Assembly (NCBI GenBank): GCA_000708835.1 | Contig: DF237012.1 | Coordinates: 62,001-126,000, forward strand | Length of the DNA stretch: 64,000 nucleotides | Reading direction: 5' to 3' | Source of the DNA: Klebsormidium nitens | Taxonomy: Eukaryota > Plantae > Klebsormidiophyceae | In this document: positions 59,345 through 64,000 of the stretch, one piece after another | Layout of the letters: each line of letters opens with the position of its first letter | How positions within the stretch are numbered: position 1 is the stretch's first letter | Notes under the pieces: model-generated | What the model saw: the letters and a program-made list of their open reading frames with translations, nothing else | What the model was told of the DNA's origin: nothing | Databases searched by the model: none | Program-made: the position numbers and the translations under genes

Positions 59345-62300
59345 ATGGACAATGTGGCCCTAGTTCGAGCGGAGCTGGACAAGCACACCACCAGCAAAGA
59401 GGAAAGGCAAGAGCTGGTAAGCTATGGTAAACTTCGTACTTCCAGCTCATATTGGCTAGCAGCTTCTTTTGTAGGAAAGCAGCCCGGTTCTTTGCATTTG
59501 GTACGGAGCAGGATTATGAACAAATTCAGCCATCATTCATAATGCATTGGCGATGACGCCAAGGACCTGGGGAGTACCTAGTATACTTTTCTTGTGATCC
59601 TGGACGTGGTTTTAGATCGCCAATCTTCTCAGACTGCTTGTACACTGAAAGTGACCTGCGGAGATAGCCTTAGTGCGTACCAGGAAGAGGGGCACGGTAC
59701 CTAACGAGAGACTTACATCAATTGAACTTTGATCATCCAAGCTGCTCCTGGAGACAGACTCTCTGCTTATGCAGGAGGCATGGGCGGACGATGCTTGCAT
59801 CTCCCGATACTTACGTGCACGTAAAAACAACGTGGCCCAAGCCATAAAACTTCTTAGGGCATCCCTCAAGTGGCGGGTGGACTTCTCAGTCGGTGAGATA
59901 TTGTTTGATCATGCGCCTTTTTGAGACCATCACAGTCCCACATCGGATGCTGGACCTTGAGAAAGATCTTGTCATGGCCATCGCCAAGCCCCATCATGAA
60001 CAGTCTGTGTGTCCTGTAAGGCAACTACTTTGCACAAGTCCAGGTTGAACCGCTGATGCGATCCTCACAAATCAAACTGCTCTTGCACATGAAAGGCTGT
60101 GATCTTGCGCCTCGCTCTCAGTCGGAGGGACCTTTCTGCCACCAACTAAGCTGTGATTATCTGGGTTCCCTCCCAAACAGAACAAGGGAACTTTTAAGGG
60201 AACCTCTCTCTCATGCACGCCTCTGCGCTCCTCTTAGAGAATCTTACCTCAGAGAATCTTCTCCTTTTGTACACTAGTGAATCTTCTTCTTTTTATTTGC
60301 CTAGGAAATTTTCCTTTACAATATCCTAGAGGATCTTGTTTCTGCAGCCTCACTACATGCGGAAGAATTCCCAGATGAGTTTGCAGCAGGCAAGATGTAC
60401 GTTGGCGGACGGGACACCCAAGGGAGGCCTGTGCTGGTGAGTAACGTTGGCCAATATACGGAACGATATGAACTCGAGTGCGCGCCAGGTCCAAAGAGGA
60501 GGGGGACAAAACATCTATCTGCTTGTATCCTGTTGGTCCTCTTCAGGGCAGCCGCAACTGGTGGTATTTTTCGACACTCTATGCATAACACTGTCATATT
60601 GTCAGAAGATCTAAGAGTAGCATGCTTAAAGGTGCGCATGTGTTAAATCAAGAGGGGACCTTACAGAAAGGGCAGAGCTAGAACCAGGACTGCAAAGGGA
60701 CTTGCTACCATTTCGTTTCGCCTTGCAGATTACGAGGAAAAAAGCGGACGCGATCCAAGCTGGTCAGCACGAAAGGTAAGCTCTCGTATGTGTTGCTGTC
60801 GGGTCTGTTTAACGGTCAAGTGATCTGGCATTAGACAGAGACCTTCTCAGATTTCTTGAGCAATTGGCAACACCTCCAAAAAACTTCCTATCCCTTGGCT
60901 CAGATCCCATCGACATTGGAATCGTTCATCCGTCTCAACTTTGCGCAATAGCCCAGGGCTCTCCGCTTATCTGAAAGCCCAGTGTCGTCATGGCCTAAAG
61001 CTGCGGGCAAGTCTGAGCCCCTTTCTCTATCTCCTCGCTTGCACTTGTTAACTCCTTTCGTTGTTGCGCACTCTCTCACATGGCACAGGCATTCACATGT
61101 TCATCTTTTTCTACCGCTGAGTAGAATCTTCCAAGATGGCTTTCACTTCTGCCTCTTTTCTTCTCCGACCTGCACACACCCCTTACTGCAGGTATCTGCG
61201 CCATCTGGTCTTCACGCTGGAGTCTACCGTCGCCGCAATGCCACCCGGGGTTGAACAATGGGTGTGGATTATGGACCTCCAAGGTGAGTCCGCACCATAT
61301 CGCTTAGCCGCTACTTGGCCGCTTTTTTGTCTTTCGGTGGTTCGAAGCTTGAGATGGGCACAGGACACGCGTGCCCATTTGCAGGTGGACGGTACAGACA
61401 TCCGCAAGGGACTTTGATCAGAGGTACTGAGCGTCAAAGATAATGACGTTTTCGGCGTTTAGTGCGTGACGTCTGTTGGGCTTTCCAACGCATCTTCATG
61501 ATGACTCTAAGCGGGAGGGGAGAAGAAGCAGATCTGAATTCTTGGCAGAGAGCGAGTCATTAATCTAAGGGCATCCGTCTCGCTGCAATCACACCGACCT
61601 GTTTTTTCATTGCGGCGGAAACGAGTCCCGGGGGTGTTCGATGTCCGAACCTACCGTGGGCGCGTACCAAGCCAGCGGTTTTGCCATTTTCAGCGGCAGC
61701 CCGTATTAAACGTGGATGGTCATTTCCTGCGTGATGCAGCCCTTTTGCCTGTGCCCCTCCTTTTCCCTCTGTTGGCGTGCGCTGCCTTCTGAACGACCTG
61801 ATCAGCCGCCTGTGGTTGCTGCAGGTTACTCAAGGGCTAACTCGCCGCCCCTGAGCGTTTCTTATGCTACCATGAAGATCCTTGCCGTGAGTCCTTCTGT
61901 TCCTCGCCGTGAGCGCACGCTCGTGAAAGTAGAGAAAGTCTGCGCTACTACCGAGAACCGTCTTCTAATGGAAAGATCTGTGTCCGAGGTTCGCTTTATA
62001 TGGGATGTTCAATCCGCTGTCTCGCCCTTTATGGTGTTTGCCTTCCGGCAAGAAGTAACTCGCCTTTTGTATCGACGTCAGCCTTGCTCTTGCAGGACCA
62101 CTACCCCGAACGCTTGAAAACAGCGTTTATTGTGGACGCTCCGTCCATCTTCTCGTTTCTTTGGAAGGTGGGGTTTGATCAACCTTCATTCCAATCCCGC
62201 TGTAGGAAAGTGCTTTCAGCAACGGGTGGTATATTTATCTGTTGGTCACACAAATGAGCAAGTAGCCTCTTCCAATTCCATCAAACGGAGGGAGCAGATT

Positions 62301-62688
62301 CTTCGCAGTAAAGACGACAGATTTCAGGTCGGGGCGGTCCACGAGAGCCAGTTCTTGGCAGCCTGGACTTTCAGCTTTTGTGAAACTTCAAGCGTTGACT
62401 TCAGTCAGCAAGAAAAACTCCTTGTCTGACATACAGGCGTTGGCCTCGTTCATTGACCCCGTCACCAAAGAGAAGGTCAAGTTTGTTTACTCCAAGGATC
62501 TCCGACCTGCCGAAGCTCCCGAAGATGCGTCAGGGGTTGCGCGGGAAGAGGCACCTGCGACTAAGCCAGTCGAACCCTCGAAACCTGAGAGCAAGTCTGT
62601 AGACGATGCTTTCAGCCCTTACGCTTCTTTTTATCGGACACCCTATGATGAAGCAGCATATCGGACTTTTTTGACGAAACGTTCTTAG
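59345..62688 (+). CDS. CRAL-TRIO (Sec14-like) lipid-binding protein, 8 exons
   Basis: MDNVALVRAELDK.. | EAWADDACISRYLRARKNNVAQAIKLLRASLKWR (CRAL-TRIO N) | GKMYVGGRDTQGRPVL | ITRKKAD.. | YLRHLVFTLE..EQWVWIMDLQG | YSRANSPP | DHYPERLKTAFIVDAPSIFSFLWK | ALASFIDPVTKEKVKFV.. Stop TAG at 62688. Confidence 0.92.
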
Positions 62689-63229
62689 AGTAAGACGGAA
62701 CTGTTGCATTAGTGCCGAGACAGATCGGCCAGTGCAGGATATATAAACTCCTACTTTGTATGACGATCGCGACTCAAAGGCCCGGCCCATGCAAAGCAGG
62801 CATTATCACATGCATGGACTATTAATACCGTCGATATGGCAGTTCTGCCTTAACCCTCGGGTAATATCAGTCAGGATATCCCTATGAATTGATCGATCAT
62901 CTAGTATACCACTGTCATGTACTGCGCCGGTACGTCAATACCGTATTAGGTGAATGATTGCATGTACGTAGTTTTGAGAGCCAATGATGTCGATCAACCA
63001 TCCCGTAATTCTGAGCCACTGTGTTGCTTCAATCTGGTGCCTAATACCGCACCCGTTAGGCTTTGTTTGCCAATTGCACCCAATCATTCGTGACTGGCCA
63101 TGATGCATGTACAACGGTAGATTACATCATGTAGGTATGTTGAGGGGCCTGTAAGCGGTTGCTGTGACATTGGACCATTGCATGCATTTCAAAGTTGCAC
63201 CACAGGGCTGTAAGTTATCCTAACAGACG

Positions 63230-63898
63230 TCAACAGTCCTCCGAAGCTGGTTGCTTCGAAAAACGTGATTTGAAGATCAGGCACCTGGCGGATCCCAGTT
63301 GTGATTTTGGACAACGTTGGACGATCCATTGGTCACCCGTCTCTACCTGGATTTTCCATGCGAGAGCCAAGCTGAACAGCTTATCAATGTTGACCCGCTT
63401 TACTTGCACCGTCTTGTACCACATGCCTGACGCGGGCGATGTGCTTGACTGTGTTGAGATCGACATCTGCTGGTGGGTCTGCCACAATCTCCACGAGCTT
63501 CTGCCGGGGGGCGGATAGGCAAACCTGCAAAAAGATGGGTGAAAGACTACATACAGGCTACCTACCGCGTTCAGGAGTATACCTTGCAGACCGGAGGGCA
63601 AATACCCCAAAAAATCCGCGGCAATGACGGGTGTCAAAACACCAGCACCGAGTGGATCGTAATCAAGAGGACAGTGGAAAGCAGAGTAGACGGACAAATC
63701 TGAAGTAGGACACGTTTTTCGGCAGTCGTGTTGTCGGAGATGAGGTCTCCTGAAAAAGAAGCTCAAAACTATGGTTTCTGAAAGAATCACTGAGAAGGCT
63801 TTGCAACTAGATGCATCACCTTGCACCACCGGCAAGGCAGATGCTGTCTTGCTTGCGCACTGCTTTGAATGGAGGCTTATAGAGCGTACTGTGGCCAC
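63230..63898 (-). CDS. Possible 3' exons of a gene continuing beyond the window
   Basis: A 222-codon open frame with internal cag/gt splice-like signals; an alternative frame reads VCLSAPRQKLVEIVADPPADVDLNTVKHIARV. No family recognised. Confidence 0.25.
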   Translation of the reverse strand: MATVRSISLHSKQCASKTASALPVVQGDASSCKAFSVILSETIVLSFFFRRPHLRQHDCRKTCPTSDLSVYSAFHCPLDYDPLGAGVLTPVIAADFLGYLPSGLQGILLNAVGSLYVVFHPSFCRFAYPPPGRSSWRLWQTHQQMSISTQSSTSPASGMWYKTVQVKRVNIDKLFSLALAWKIQVETGDQWIVQRCPKSQLGSARCLIFKSRFSKQPASEDC

Positions 63899-64000
63899 GT
63901 TGTATTGTGCTGACGATACTTACTTAAATGGCAGCTGTGGTGAGTATTTTCATCCCATATTTTACCTGGAAAGTGGCCAGCACCGGAGGAGTCGTGACGC

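Overview
Eukaryotic, intron-rich nuclear DNA, so the unspliced ORF track fragments every gene and I assembled the gene models by hand from splice sites and frame continuity. The gene content, a plant MEI1-type TOPBP1 C-terminus, TTTAGGG-like motifs and two U12 AT-AC introns suggest a streptophyte green alga (Klebsormidium-like; inference). Genes, left to right: a six-BRCT TOPBP1/MEI1 gene (minus, 2573-13159); head-to-head with it, a very large DDT/WHIM/PHD PTM-like chromatin gene with an extra C-terminal PZP module (plus, 13932-31077); an intron-containing, bacterial-type GH13_18 sucrose-phosphorylase-family gene (minus, 32594 to at least 37948); a family-16 (METTL21-like) methyltransferase (plus, 41858-46365); an unidentified minus-strand gene near 48.6-52.5 kb; a conserved uncharacterised protein with a DDxxD motif (minus, 56007-58203); a CRAL-TRIO/Sec14 gene (plus, 59345-62688); and a possible partial gene at the right edge. 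Non-coding features: two MITE-like elements with TIRs and TSDs, one IR-bounded segment, telomere-like G/C-rich tracts inside introns, and decayed tandem copies of exon/splice-site junctions in three (possibly four) genes. Best candidates for new biology: the GH13_18 phosphorylase with atypical specificity loops, the PTM-PZP fusion, the two AT-AC introns and the recurring splice-junction duplications. No tRNA, rRNA or CRISPR array was recognised.
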